Below, piece by piece: positions 1 to 9,437 of a stretch of DNA of 64,000 bases. The stretch is from an uncultured Actinomycetes bacterium. Its GTDB lineage: Bacteria > Actinomycetota > Actinomycetes > Streptosporangiales > Streptosporangiaceae. Where the stretch lies: NCBI GenBank assembly GCA_963722055.1, contig CAVRLA010000004.1:339987-403986 (forward strand), read 5' to 3'. The stretch's first letter is position 1. Each line of letters starts with the position of its first letter. The notes under the pieces are model-generated. The model did no database searches. It was not told the DNA's origin and was given only the letters and a program-made list of their open reading frames with translations. Both the position numbers and the translations under genes were made by a program.

Positions 1-1
1 C

Positions 2-958
2 GGCGTGCTGATCATCGTGGCCGTGCTCGCCTTCGTCCCCTCCAAGCACGCTTCGACCACCTACGTGTTCACCAACATCGTCAACAACACCGGCTGGCAC
101 AGCACGTTCTACGTGCTGCTGCTCGGCCTGCTGCTGGCGCAGTACACCTTCACCGGGTACGACGCGTCGGCGCACATGACCGAGGAGACCCGCGAAGCGT
201 CACGCAGCGGGCCCCGCGGCATCGTGATGTCGATCCTGGTCTCGCTGATCGCCGGCTGGGTGCTGCTGATCGGGATCACGTTCGCGATCCAGTCGCAGCA
301 CTACTCGCTCTACACCGGCGCGCTGGTCCCGCCGGCCCAGATCTTCATCACCGCGATCGGCGGCACCGGGGCCAAGCTGCTGCTGCTGGTCATCATCGGC
401 GCCCAGCTGTTCTGCGGGATGAGTTCGGTCACCGCGAACTCGCGGATGATCTACGCGTTCTCCCGGGACGGGGCGCTGCCCGGCTCGAACCTCTGGCACC
501 AGGTGAACAAGCGGACCAGGACGCCCACCAACGCGATCTGGCTGGCCGCCGGCGGGGCGCTGATCCTGGGCCTGCCGTACCTGTGGAACGGCGCGGCCTA
601 CGCCGCGGTCACCGCGATCGCGACCATCGGCCTGTACATCGCCTACGTCGCGCCGACCTTCCTGCGGCTGCGACAGGGCGAGAGCTTCAGGCGCGGGCCC
701 TGGCACCTGGGCCGGTGGAGCTACCTGGTCGGCTGGATCGCGGTCGCCTGGGTGGTCTTCATCACGATCCTGTTCATGCTGCCCACCGCCAGCCCGATCG
801 GCTGGGGCAACTTCAACTACACCGTGATCGCCGTGCTGGCCGTGATCGGCTTCGCGGGCATCTACTGGGCGGTCTCGGCGAAGAACTGGTTCACCGGGCC
901 CAAGGTTCAGGGCACGCCTGAGGAACTGGCCGCGATCGAGCACGAGCTGTCGTCCTGA
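2..958 (+). CDS. APC-superfamily amino acid/polyamine permease, C-terminal part (5' end lies left of the window)
   Basis: Frame is open to the window edge. 317 aa of multi-pass hydrophobic sequence typical of APC permeases (FTGYDASAHMTEET, NSRMIYAFSRDGALPG). TGA 956-958 overlaps ATG 958 of the next gene by 1 nt. Confidence 0.8.
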   Translation, partial: GVLIIVAVLAFVPSKHASTTYVFTNIVNNTGWHSTFYVLLLGLLLAQYTFTGYDASAHMTEETREASRSGPRGIVMSILVSLIAGWVLLIGITFAIQSQHYSLYTGALVPPAQIFITAIGGTGAKLLLLVIIGAQLFCGMSSVTANSRMIYAFSRDGALPGSNLWHQVNKRTRTPTNAIWLAAGGALILGLPYLWNGAAYAAVTAIATIGLYIAYVAPTFLRLRQGESFRRGPWHLGRWSYLVGWIAVAWVVFITILFMLPTASPIGWGNFNYTVIAVLAVIGFAGIYWAVSAKNWFTGPKVQGTPEELAAIEHELSS

Positions 959-2346
959 TGACGGCCGGGGACGGCGCCGGCGCGCCGCGGCGTGGCCTGC
1001 TGACCCTGGAGCAGCTGCGGTCTGCAGTCGGTGCGGGCGAGATCGATACCGTCGTACTCGCCTTCACCGACATGCAGGGCCGGCTGGCGGGCAAGCGGCT
1101 GTCGGCGGAGTTCTTCCTGGAGGAGGTGGCCGAGCACTACTCCGAGGGCTGCAACTACCTGCTCGCCGTGGACGTGGACATGAACACGGTCGACGGGTAC
1201 GCGATGTCGTCCTGGGACCGCGGCTACGGCAACTTCGTCCTGGTGCCCGACATGAGCACGCTGCGCCATGTGCCGTGGCAGCAGGGCACGGTCATGGTCA
1301 CCGCGGACCTGACCTGGCTGGACGGCACGCCGGTGGCCGCCTCGCCGCGGCAGATCCTCAAGGCGCAGACCGACCGGCTGGCCGAGCGCGGCCTGGTGGC
1401 GCTGGCCGGGACCGAGCTGGAGTTCATCGTGTACCGGGACACCTACGAGGAAGCGGCGGCGAAGGAGTACCGCGACCTGATCCCGGCCAACACTTACAAC
1501 GTGGACTACTCGATCCTGGGCACGGCACGGATCGAGCCGCTGCTGCGCCGGATCCGGCTGGGGATGGCGGGAGCTGGCTTGTACGTGGAGTCGGCCAAGG
1601 GCGAGTGCAACCTGGGCCAGCACGAGATCGCGTTCCGCTACGCCGAGGCGGTGACCACCTGCGACAACCACTCGATCTACAAGACCGGGGCCAAGGAGAT
1701 CGCCGCCCAGGACGGCATGAGCATCACGTTCATGGCCAAGCCGAACGCTCGCGAGGGCAACTCCTGCCACATCCACCTGTCGGTACGTTCGGCTTCGGAC
1801 GGGGCGCCGGTGATGGCCGGGGACGGAGCCTACGGCATGTCCCGGCTGGGCGAGCACTTCCTGGCCGGCCTGCTGGACGCGATGCGCGAGTTGACGCTGT
1901 GCTACGCGCCGAACATCAACTCTTACAAGCGGTACGTGCCGGGCAGCTTCGCGCCGACCTCGGTCCGCTGGGGCCCGGACAACCGGACCTGCGCGCTGCG
2001 GCTGGTCGGGCACGGTCCCTCGCTGCGGGTGGAGAACCGGACGCCGGGCGGCGACGTGAACCCGTACCTGGCCGTGGCGGCGATGATCGCCGCGGGCCTG
2101 CACGGCATCGACCACGAGCTGCCGCTCGAGCCCCCGGTGACCGGAAACGCGTACAACGACACTGATGTGCGCGTGCCGCACACGCTGCGGGATGCGCTGG
2201 AGCTGTGGGAGAAGAGCGGGCTGGCCCGCCAGGCGTTCGGCGCGGAGGTGGTCGAGCACTACGCCAACTACGCCCGGGTCGAGCTGGCCGCCTACGACGC
2301 TGCGGTGACCGACTGGGAGCTGCGGCGCGGCTTCGAACGCCTCTAG
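958..2346 (+). CDS. glutamine-synthetase-family gamma-glutamyl-amine ligase (GlnA2/3/4 or PuuA-like)
   Basis: 462 aa with GS catalytic-domain signatures (GTELEFIVY, MAKPNAREGNSCHIHLS, NRTCALRLVG, ENRTPGGDVNPYL). Context of permease + aldehyde dehydrogenase + SDR matches polyamine/ethanolamine gamma-glutamylation operons. Confidence 0.8.
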   Translation: MTAGDGAGAPRRGLLTLEQLRSAVGAGEIDTVVLAFTDMQGRLAGKRLSAEFFLEEVAEHYSEGCNYLLAVDVDMNTVDGYAMSSWDRGYGNFVLVPDMSTLRHVPWQQGTVMVTADLTWLDGTPVAASPRQILKAQTDRLAERGLVALAGTELEFIVYRDTYEEAAAKEYRDLIPANTYNVDYSILGTARIEPLLRRIRLGMAGAGLYVESAKGECNLGQHEIAFRYAEAVTTCDNHSIYKTGAKEIAAQDGMSITFMAKPNAREGNSCHIHLSVRSASDGAPVMAGDGAYGMSRLGEHFLAGLLDAMRELTLCYAPNINSYKRYVPGSFAPTSVRWGPDNRTCALRLVGHGPSLRVENRTPGGDVNPYLAVAAMIAAGLHGIDHELPLEPPVTGNAYNDTDVRVPHTLRDALELWEKSGLARQAFGAEVVEHYANYARVELAAYDAAVTDWELRRGFERL

Positions 2347-2362
2347 CAACCCGAGGAGGGGC

Positions 2363-3727
2363 ATGTCCGTCTTTACCGTGCTCAACCCGGCCACGGAGGA
2401 GCCGGTCACCACCGTGACGCAGGTCTCTGCGGAGGAAGCCGATTTCGCGATCGCCCGGGCCGAGGCGGCGTGGCCGTCGTGGCGCGCCATGGCGCCCGGC
2501 GACCGGGCCCGGTTGCTGCGCGCGTTCGCCGCCTTGGTGGACGCCCACGTCGAGGAGCTCGCAAACCTGGAAGTAGCGGGCTCCGGGCACCCGGTCGGCG
2601 CGGCCCGCTGGGAGGCCGGGCAGGTCCGCGACGTGCTGCTGTACTACTCGGCGGCGCCGGAACGGCTCATCGGCAAGCAGATCCCGGTGCCCGGCGGGCT
2701 GAACGTCACCTTCCACGAACCGGTCGGCGTGGTGGGCCTGATCGTGCCGTGGAACTTCCCGATGCCGATCCTGTCCTGGGGCATGGCGCCCGCCCTGGCC
2801 GCTGGTTGTACCGTCGTGGCCAAACCCGCGGAGGCCACTCCCCTGACCGCGATACGTCTGGGTGAGCTGGCGCTCGAGGCAGGCCTGCCGGAAGGGGTGT
2901 TCACCGTGCTGCCGGGCAAGGGCAGCGTGGTCGGGCAGCGGCTGGTCGACCATCCCGCGGTGCGCAAGATCGTGTTCACCGGGTCCACCGAGGTGGGCCA
3001 GTCGATCATGGCGGGGTGCGCACGCCAGGTGAAACGGCTGACCCTGGAACTGGGCGGCAAGAGCGCCAACGTCGTCTTCGCCGACTGCAACCTGGAGCGG
3101 GCCGCCGCGACCGCGCCGTACGCGGTGTTCGACAACGCGGGGCAGGACTGCTGCGCCCGGTCCCGGATCCTGGTCCAGCGCTCGGTGCTGGATAGGTTTA
3201 TGGCCCTGTTCGAGCGCGCCGTGCAGGGGGTCACGGTCGGCGATCCGGCCTCGGCGGCGACCGAGATGGGACCGCTGATCTCGGCGGCGCACCGCGCCCA
3301 CGTGGCGTCGTTCGTGCCGTCGGATGCCCCGGTCGCATTCCGGGGTAGCGCGCCGTCCGGGAAGGGGTTCTGGTACCCGCCGACCGTGCTGGCCCCGGTG
3401 CGCCCCGACGATCCGGCCTACACCGAGGAGGTGTTCGGTCCGGTGGTGACCGTGACGCCGTTCTCCGATGAGGCGGAGGCGGTTGCCATCGCCAATGACA
3501 CGCCGTACGGGCTGTCGGGCTCGATCTGGACCTCCGACGTGGGCCGGGCCATCCGGGTGGCGCGCGCGGTGGAGACCGGCAACCTGTCGGTGAACTCGCA
3601 CTCGTCGGTGCGGTACTGGACGCCGTTCGGCGGCTTCAAGCAGTCCGGCCTCGGCCGCGAACTCGGGCCGGACGCCCCGGACGCGTTCACCGAGACCAAG
3701 AACGTCTTCATCTCGACGGAGGCCTGA
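2363..3727 (+). CDS. NAD(P)-dependent aldehyde dehydrogenase
   Basis: 454 aa. ALDH motifs ELGGKSANVVF, catalytic-Cys region FDNAGQDCCARSR, EEVFGPVV. GGAGGGG Shine-Dalgarno upstream of the ATG. Confidence 0.9.
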   Translation: MSVFTVLNPATEEPVTTVTQVSAEEADFAIARAEAAWPSWRAMAPGDRARLLRAFAALVDAHVEELANLEVAGSGHPVGAARWEAGQVRDVLLYYSAAPERLIGKQIPVPGGLNVTFHEPVGVVGLIVPWNFPMPILSWGMAPALAAGCTVVAKPAEATPLTAIRLGELALEAGLPEGVFTVLPGKGSVVGQRLVDHPAVRKIVFTGSTEVGQSIMAGCARQVKRLTLELGGKSANVVFADCNLERAAATAPYAVFDNAGQDCCARSRILVQRSVLDRFMALFERAVQGVTVGDPASAATEMGPLISAAHRAHVASFVPSDAPVAFRGSAPSGKGFWYPPTVLAPVRPDDPAYTEEVFGPVVTVTPFSDEAEAVAIANDTPYGLSGSIWTSDVGRAIRVARAVETGNLSVNSHSSVRYWTPFGGFKQSGLGRELGPDAPDAFTETKNVFISTEA

Positions 3728-3828
3728 GTGAGCCAAAGGGCCGCGGCGCCGCCTGGACTGAGGAGCGAAGCGACGAGGGAAGAAGGCGCCTCAAGGGCGC
3801 CCCGGAGGCGAACGGGAAGGTACAGCTC

Positions 3829-4596
3829 ATGAGCTTGCGCTTGCAGGACCGGGTCGCGGTCATCACCGGGGCGGGCAGCGGGATCGGCCTGGCCAGTGCC
3901 CGCAGGCTCGCCGCCGAGGGGGCCCTGGTGGTGGCGGTCGACATCGACGAGGCGGCCGGCAAGGCGGCCGCGGCCGCGGTCGGCGGCGAGTACATCGCGG
4001 CTGACGTGGCCAGCGAGGACGACGTCCAGCGGCTGTACGAGACGGTGGTAGCCCAGCACGGGCGGGTGGACATCGCATTCCACAACGCGGGCATCTCGCC
4101 GCCCGACGACGACTCGATCCTGACCACCGGCTTGGAGGCCTGGCACCGGGTCCAGCAGGTCAACCTGACCTCGGTCTACCTCTGCTGCAAGCACGTGATC
4201 CCGCACATGCAGCGGCAGGGCAAGGGCTCGATCATCAACACCGCTTCGTTCGTGGCCGTGCTCGGCGCGGCGACCTCGCAGATCTCCTACACCGCGTCCA
4301 AGGGCGGGGTGCTGGCTATGAGCCGCGAGCTCGGCGTGCAGTTCGCGCGGGAGGGGATCCGGGTCAACGCGCTATGCCCCGGCCCGGTGAACACCCCGCT
4401 ACTGCGCGAGCTGTTCGCTTCCGACCCGGAGCGTGCAGCGCGCCGGCTGGTGCACATCCCGATGGGCCGGTTCGCCGAGGCCGAGGAGATCGCGGCGGCG
4501 GTGGCGTTCCTGGCCAGCGACGACGCCTCGTTCATCACCGCGTCGAGCTTCCTGGTCGACGGCGGCATCAGTGGCGCGTACGTGACGCCGCTGTGA
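3829..4596 (+). CDS. short-chain dehydrogenase/reductase (SDR)
   Basis: 255 aa. Cofactor motif ITGAGSGIGLA (TGxxxGxG) and catalytic YTASKGGV (YxxxK). Confidence 0.9.
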   Translation: MSLRLQDRVAVITGAGSGIGLASARRLAAEGALVVAVDIDEAAGKAAAAAVGGEYIAADVASEDDVQRLYETVVAQHGRVDIAFHNAGISPPDDDSILTTGLEAWHRVQQVNLTSVYLCCKHVIPHMQRQGKGSIINTASFVAVLGAATSQISYTASKGGVLAMSRELGVQFAREGIRVNALCPGPVNTPLLRELFASDPERAARRLVHIPMGRFAEAEEIAAAVAFLASDDASFITASSFLVDGGISGAYVTPL

Positions 4597-4700
4597 GCGT
4601 GGCGCCATGATCATGAGCAGAAAGAGGCAAATATTGCCCAAAAGTGTTCATGATCATGAAAACGGGGTCCGGCGAGGGGGCTGGGGCCAGGAGCGCAGGC

Positions 4701-5912
4701 TCAGGGGGAGCGGAGGGTGCGCAGGCGGATGGTGACGGGCATGGCGCAGAGCTCGGCCAGGACGTCCTCGCTGTATTCCGAGCCGATGTCGGTCAGCACG
4801 TAGCCGAGCTCGTCCCGGGTCCGCAGCAGCTGCCCTTCGACGTTGACGCCGTGCTGGGCGAGCACCCCGTTGATCGAGGCCAGCACGCCGGGGACGTTCT
4901 GGTGCAGGTGCGCCAGCCGGTGCGCGCCGCTGGTCACGCCCAGCGCGATCTCCGGCAGGTTGACGCTGAGCGAGGTGGCGCCGGAGGCCATGTAGTCGGC
5001 CAGCTTCCCGGCGACGAACTCGCCGATGTCCTGCTGGGCCTCCTCCGTCGAGCCGCCGATGTGCGGGGTGAGGATGACGTTCGGCAGCCCGCGTAGCTCG
5101 GAGACGAACTCATCGCCGCGGCCCTTGGGCTCGTCTGGGAAGACGTCGATGGCCGCCCCGGCGATGTGCCCGGATTCGATCTGGCGCCGCAGCGCGGCGT
5201 GGTCCACCACGAACCCGCGGGACAGGTTGAGGAACAGCGACCGCGGGCGCATCGCGGCGAACTCGGCCTCGCCGAAGAAGCCGCGGTTGCCGTCGCGCCC
5301 GTCCACGTGCAGGGTGACGGTTTCCACCGACTCGAGCAGCTCGGTCAGGGTCGAGCAGCGCCGCGCGTTCCCGAGCGCCAGCTTGTCCGCGATGTCGTAG
5401 AAGTAGACGGACATGCCGAGGTTCTCGGCCAGCACGGACAGCTGGGTGCCGATGTTGCCGTAGCCCACGATGCCGAGCTTGCGCCCGCGCACCTCGTGGC
5501 TGCCGGCCGCGGATTTGTCCCAGTGACCCTCGTGCATCTGGGTGTTCTTCTCCGGTAGCCGCCGGGCCATGGCGATGATCTCGGCCAGCGCGAGCTCGAC
5601 GACGCTGCGCGTGTTGGAGAACGGCGCGTTGAACACCGCAACCCCGTGGCTGCTGGCCGCGGCCAGGTCGATCTGGTTGACGCCGATGCAGAACGCGCCG
5701 ATCGCGACCAGGTCCGGGGCGGCGTCCAGGACGCGGGCGGTGACCTGGGTGCCGGACCTGATGCCGAGCAGCCGCACGCCGCGCAGGGCGTCGATGAGCT
5801 CGTCCTCGGCGAGGGCGCGTGGCAGCGAGGAGACCTCGTAGCCCTCCTTGGCCAGCCGCGCCGACGCGTCCGGGTGGATGTTTTCGGCCAGCAGGGCCCT
5901 AGTCGTCGCCAA
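4701..5912 (-). CDS. serA: D-3-phosphoglycerate dehydrogenase, E. coli SerA-type with C-terminal ACT domain
   Basis: The C-terminal ~403 codons of the 726-aa track ORF align along their length with E. coli SerA from memory (LGIVGYGNIGTQ, LTPHIGGSTEEAQ, ACT-like tail). The upstream 323 codons are Arg/Pro/Gly-rich shadow sequence overlapping the SARP gene. In-frame TTG at 5912 lies 9 nt after GGGGGAG. Confidence 0.85.
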   Translation of the reverse strand: MATTRALLAENIHPDASARLAKEGYEVSSLPRALAEDELIDALRGVRLLGIRSGTQVTARVLDAAPDLVAIGAFCIGVNQIDLAAASSHGVAVFNAPFSNTRSVVELALAEIIAMARRLPEKNTQMHEGHWDKSAAGSHEVRGRKLGIVGYGNIGTQLSVLAENLGMSVYFYDIADKLALGNARRCSTLTELLESVETVTLHVDGRDGNRGFFGEAEFAAMRPRSLFLNLSRGFVVDHAALRRQIESGHIAGAAIDVFPDEPKGRGDEFVSELRGLPNVILTPHIGGSTEEAQQDIGEFVAGKLADYMASGATSLSVNLPEIALGVTSGAHRLAHLHQNVPGVLASINGVLAQHGVNVEGQLLRTRDELGYVLTDIGSEYSEDVLAELCAMPVTIRLRTLRSP

Positions 5913-5971
5913 GCGCGCGCACTCCCCCAGGTCCGTAGGCGGGCACAGATGAGGCCCCGTAGTCCCTTCCT

Positions 5972-8900
5972 TTATACCGAACGGCCCGTGGTGGCTGCCC
6001 CCGGCGAGGGGTCCGGGTAGTCCCCGGCGGCCAGCCGGTCGCCATCGGGGTCCTCGTCCAGGTCGTGGAGCTTGAGGCGGATTTCGTCCGCGCGCGGGTG
6101 GGGCAGGCTGTCGAGGATGGCGGCGGCCTGCAGGTACAGCGCGCGGGCCTGGTCGGGCTGGCCCTCGTGCAGCAGGACGTCGCCCAGCCCGGCCAGCGAG
6201 TTGCCCTCGCCGTACGGCGCGCCGATCTCGCGGTAGGCGTCGATGGCCTGCTGGTAGTAGGCCTGCGCCTGGACCGGATCGCCGAGGTGCTGGTAGATGT
6301 AGCCCAGGCTGTCCAGGGTGTCGGCCGCGCCGCCGCGGTGGCCCGACTCCCGGTGCAGGCTCAGCGCCCGCTGGCAGTGGGTCAGCGCGTCCTCGTACTG
6401 GCCCAGGTGAGCGTAGAGCCAGCCGACGCCGTTCTCCAGCGTGGCCTGCGTCCACCAGTGCCCGGCGGCCTTGAGCATCCGCAGCGCGTCCAGCGCCACG
6501 GCCAGCGCCTCCGGGTAGCGCTCCTGCTTCTCCAGCATGCCACCCAGGCCGTTGAGCACCACGGCCTCGTTGGCCCGGTCGCCCAGCTCCCGGAACAGGT
6601 CCAGCGCGCGCCGGAAGTTCGGCTCGGCCTCCTCGTAGTCGCTCATCTGCAGCTGGGCGTGGCCCAGCAGGTGATGCGCGTGCGCGAGGGCCAGGGTGTC
6701 GTCCAGCCGCCGCGCGGCGGCCAGCGCGGTCTGCTGGATGACCGCGTAGGCCCGCAGCCGCCCGCGCCGGTGGAAGAACGGGCCGAGCGCCCACGGGAGC
6801 TGCCAGGCGTAGGTATCGAACTCCTGGGCCTCGGCGTAGCCGATCAGCGTGAGCAGCACCGGGACCTCGGCGTCGAACCACGCCATGGCCTGGTCCTTGT
6901 CGGTCATTTCGGCGGGCAGCACGCCGGGCTGCGGCGCGGGCAGCCGCAGCGGCGACCGGAACGGGCTGAACCGCTGCGAGGCCGCCATGGCCGTGTGCAG
7001 GTAGTGGTCGAGCATGCGCTGGGGGGCCAGGGCGCGCTCGGCCGGGGAGTCGGTGCGCTCGGCCTGATCGGTCGCGTAGGCGCGCAGCAGGTCGTGGAAC
7101 GCGAACCGGCCGGGCAGGTGCTCGACGGCCATGTGGGTCCGGGTGAGCTCGCGCAGCGCGGTGCCCGCCTCGGCCCGGGAGATCCCGGCCAGGCTGGCGG
7201 CGGCCGACAGGGAGATGTCCGGACCCGGGTGCAGGCCGAGCAGGCGGAACATCCGGGCGGCCGCCGGGCTGAGCTGGTCGTAGGACCAGGACAGCACGGC
7301 CCGCACGTCGGTGGCCGCGTCCCCGGCCTCTAGGGCGTCCAGCCGGACCCGGGCGTCGCGCAGCTCGGCCGCCAGTTCCGCCAGCGGGCGCTTGGCCCGC
7401 CCGGCGGCCCGGCCGACCGCGATGGACAGGGCCAGCGGCAGGCGCGCGCAGGCCGCGACGATCTCGTCCACCGCCTCCGCCTCAGCCGCCACGCGCTCCT
7501 GGCCGAGCCTGCGGGCCAGCATCTCGTGGGCCTCGCCGTCGCCGAGCACGTCGAGAGTGATGAGCGTAGCCCCCTCCGCGGCGACCAGCCCGGCCATCTG
7601 GTTGCGGCTGGTCACGACGACCAGGCATTCCGGTGAGCCGGGCAGCAGCGGTCGCACCTGGGCCGCGTTGCTCGCGTTGTCAAGCACGATCAGCACCCGC
7701 TTGCCGGCCACCAGGCTGCGGAACAGGGCGGCGCGTTCCTCCAGGGGAGCAACGATCCGGTGCGGCGGGACGCCGAAGGCGTCCAGGAAGAACCGCAGTG
7801 CTCCGGTCGGTTCCATGGGCGGCGCGCCCGGATCCAGGCCGCGCAGGTTGACGTACAGCTGGCCGTCGGGGAACCGCTTGGCCACCTGGCGCCCGAACCG
7901 GATGGCCAGCGCGGTCTTGCCTACCCCCGCCGTGCCCGTGATGACCACGACCGGCACCGACTCGCCGGTCCCGGCGGGCCGGGCCGACGGCAGCAGGGCG
8001 TGCAGCGCGCGAAGCTCGTCGTGGCGGCCGGAGAAGCCCTGGGCGTCCAGCGGCAACTGCGCCGGGACGGGCACGCCAGGCGGTCCGGCGGCCCACGGCG
8101 CTGTGCCCATCCTCGGGCCTATCGGGCCGATCCCGGCGCCGGCGCCGGTCAGCAGGGCCGAGCCGGCCGGACCGGCGGTCCCACTGGGTAGGACCGACCC
8201 GTCGGACCCGCGCGGTGCCGTCGTGGCTCTGTTCATTTCCGGGTTCATTTCCGGGTTCATCTCCGGGCGCCGCGGGTCGGCCGATCCGCCGGCCGCGCCG
8301 GGAGCGCTCGGCCGGCGGACCTCGCCGTCGGCGATCAGGTCCAGCGCGGGATCGGAGGTGAGCACCTGCTGGTGAATGCGGGACAGGTCGGCGCCGGGAT
8401 CGATGCCGAGTTCCTCAGCCAGCACGCGCCGTCCGTCCTGGAACACCCGCAGTGCCTCGGCGTGCCGCCCGCTGCGGTACAGCGCGATCATCAGCAGCCC
8501 GCGCACGCGCTCCCGCAGCGGATGGTCCGTGACCAGGGCGGTCAGGTCCGGTATGACCTCCTCATGGCGGCCCAGCGCGAGCAGGACATCGGCCCGTTCT
8601 TCGGCCGCGCCGGAGCGCAGTTCGGCCAGCCGTACCCGTTCGGTCTCCGCGAACGGGCCCGGCACCCCGGCGAACGCGACGCCGCGCCACAGTCCGAGCG
8701 CGCTCTCCAGCGCGTCGACCGCGCCGACCGGGTCACCGCTCTTGCGCACCTGCCGGGCCCGGGCCAGATGCTGCTCGAACGCGACGGCGTCGGGCTGGCC
8801 CGGCACCAGGTGCAGGACGTATCCGGCTCCGGAGGAGACCAGCACGCGCCCTGGCCCGCGGACCGACCTGGTGGGCTCGATGATGCGGCGCAGCCCGGCC

Positions 8901-9103
8901 ACGTAGGTATAGATGCCGCCCTCGGCGCTGGCAGGCGGATCCTGCCCCCAGACCGCGTCGACCAGCTCGCCACGAGAGATTACCCGGTTGGCGCGCATCG
9001 CGAGGATGCCGAGGACGGCCTGCTGCCTGGGCTGGCCCACACGCAGTTCCTCGGAGCCGTTCCAGACCGCTACCGGGCCGAGCACGCCGACACGCAATAC
9101 CAC
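5972..9103 (-). CDS. AfsR/SARP-family regulator (OmpR-type winged helix + BTAD + NB-ARC ATPase + TPR)
   Basis: 1043 aa. N-terminal SARP DNA-binding/BTAD region (LRVGVLGPVAVW...), P-loop GTAGVGKTALA, long TPR-like C-terminus. Linker carries (PEMN)x3 encoded by a 12-nt tandem repeat. Confidence 0.9.
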   Translation of the reverse strand: MVLRVGVLGPVAVWNGSEELRVGQPRQQAVLGILAMRANRVISRGELVDAVWGQDPPASAEGGIYTYVAGLRRIIEPTRSVRGPGRVLVSSGAGYVLHLVPGQPDAVAFEQHLARARQVRKSGDPVGAVDALESALGLWRGVAFAGVPGPFAETERVRLAELRSGAAEERADVLLALGRHEEVIPDLTALVTDHPLRERVRGLLMIALYRSGRHAEALRVFQDGRRVLAEELGIDPGADLSRIHQQVLTSDPALDLIADGEVRRPSAPGAAGGSADPRRPEMNPEMNPEMNRATTAPRGSDGSVLPSGTAGPAGSALLTGAGAGIGPIGPRMGTAPWAAGPPGVPVPAQLPLDAQGFSGRHDELRALHALLPSARPAGTGESVPVVVITGTAGVGKTALAIRFGRQVAKRFPDGQLYVNLRGLDPGAPPMEPTGALRFFLDAFGVPPHRIVAPLEERAALFRSLVAGKRVLIVLDNASNAAQVRPLLPGSPECLVVVTSRNQMAGLVAAEGATLITLDVLGDGEAHEMLARRLGQERVAAEAEAVDEIVAACARLPLALSIAVGRAAGRAKRPLAELAAELRDARVRLDALEAGDAATDVRAVLSWSYDQLSPAAARMFRLLGLHPGPDISLSAAASLAGISRAEAGTALRELTRTHMAVEHLPGRFAFHDLLRAYATDQAERTDSPAERALAPQRMLDHYLHTAMAASQRFSPFRSPLRLPAPQPGVLPAEMTDKDQAMAWFDAEVPVLLTLIGYAEAQEFDTYAWQLPWALGPFFHRRGRLRAYAVIQQTALAAARRLDDTLALAHAHHLLGHAQLQMSDYEEAEPNFRRALDLFRELGDRANEAVVLNGLGGMLEKQERYPEALAVALDALRMLKAAGHWWTQATLENGVGWLYAHLGQYEDALTHCQRALSLHRESGHRGGAADTLDSLGYIYQHLGDPVQAQAYYQQAIDAYREIGAPYGEGNSLAGLGDVLLHEGQPDQARALYLQAAAILDSLPHPRADEIRLKLHDLDEDPDGDRLAAGDYPDPSPGAATTGRSV
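8231..8266 (-). repeat. 3 x 12-nt tandem repeat CCGGARATGAAC (sense strand) inside the SARP gene
   Basis: Plus strand reads gttcatttccgg gttcatttccgg gttcatctccgg. Translated as PEMN PEMN PEMN. The same unit recurs at 15722-15757 and 43584-43611. Confidence 0.95.
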
Positions 9104-9437
9104 GGTTTCGCTGACCCTTTCGTCTCTCCGGCCGAACCCCGCCCCACCCCGGGCAGAAGCGTCTCGGAGAAGGTTACCGTGATCCGGGACCTCTCCTCCA
9201 GAAAAAATCTAGATTGCCTAGAGACTTCACGTTAATAGTTGATCGGCGCCGGGCCTGCGCGGCGATCGGTATTCCCGGGCTTGGCGCGCGGGCGGCTCAG
9301 TGACAGGGGAGGTCATGAGATGACGGCGGAAGGCCGTGACACCCCAGACTTCACCCGCGTTCCCCGTGATCTATCAGGCGGCGAGCCGGCGACGGCCGAG
9401 CCCTGAAGCCTCCGGGCCCTGACGCGGCCCGGAGTAG

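Noticed and set aside
907-3736. Long antisense ORFs 907-2490 (527 aa) and 1916-3736 (606 aa) opposite the GS-like and ALDH genes
   Set aside because: Their Arg/Pro/Gly/Ala-dominated composition is typical of shadow frames in GC-rich DNA. They have no motifs, and they fully overlap genes with clear family signatures.
5913-6881. N-terminal 323 codons of the 726-aa ORF 4701-6881
   Set aside because: Low-complexity R/P/G sequence overlapping the SARP gene in another frame. SerA homology begins only at about 5912, where a TTG with an SD is present.
6065-9235. Plus-strand ORFs 6065-7333, 7311-8375, 8372-9235 and smaller ones opposite the SARP gene
   Set aside because: Shadow frames with no motifs. 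The minus-strand 1043-aa SARP frame explains the region.
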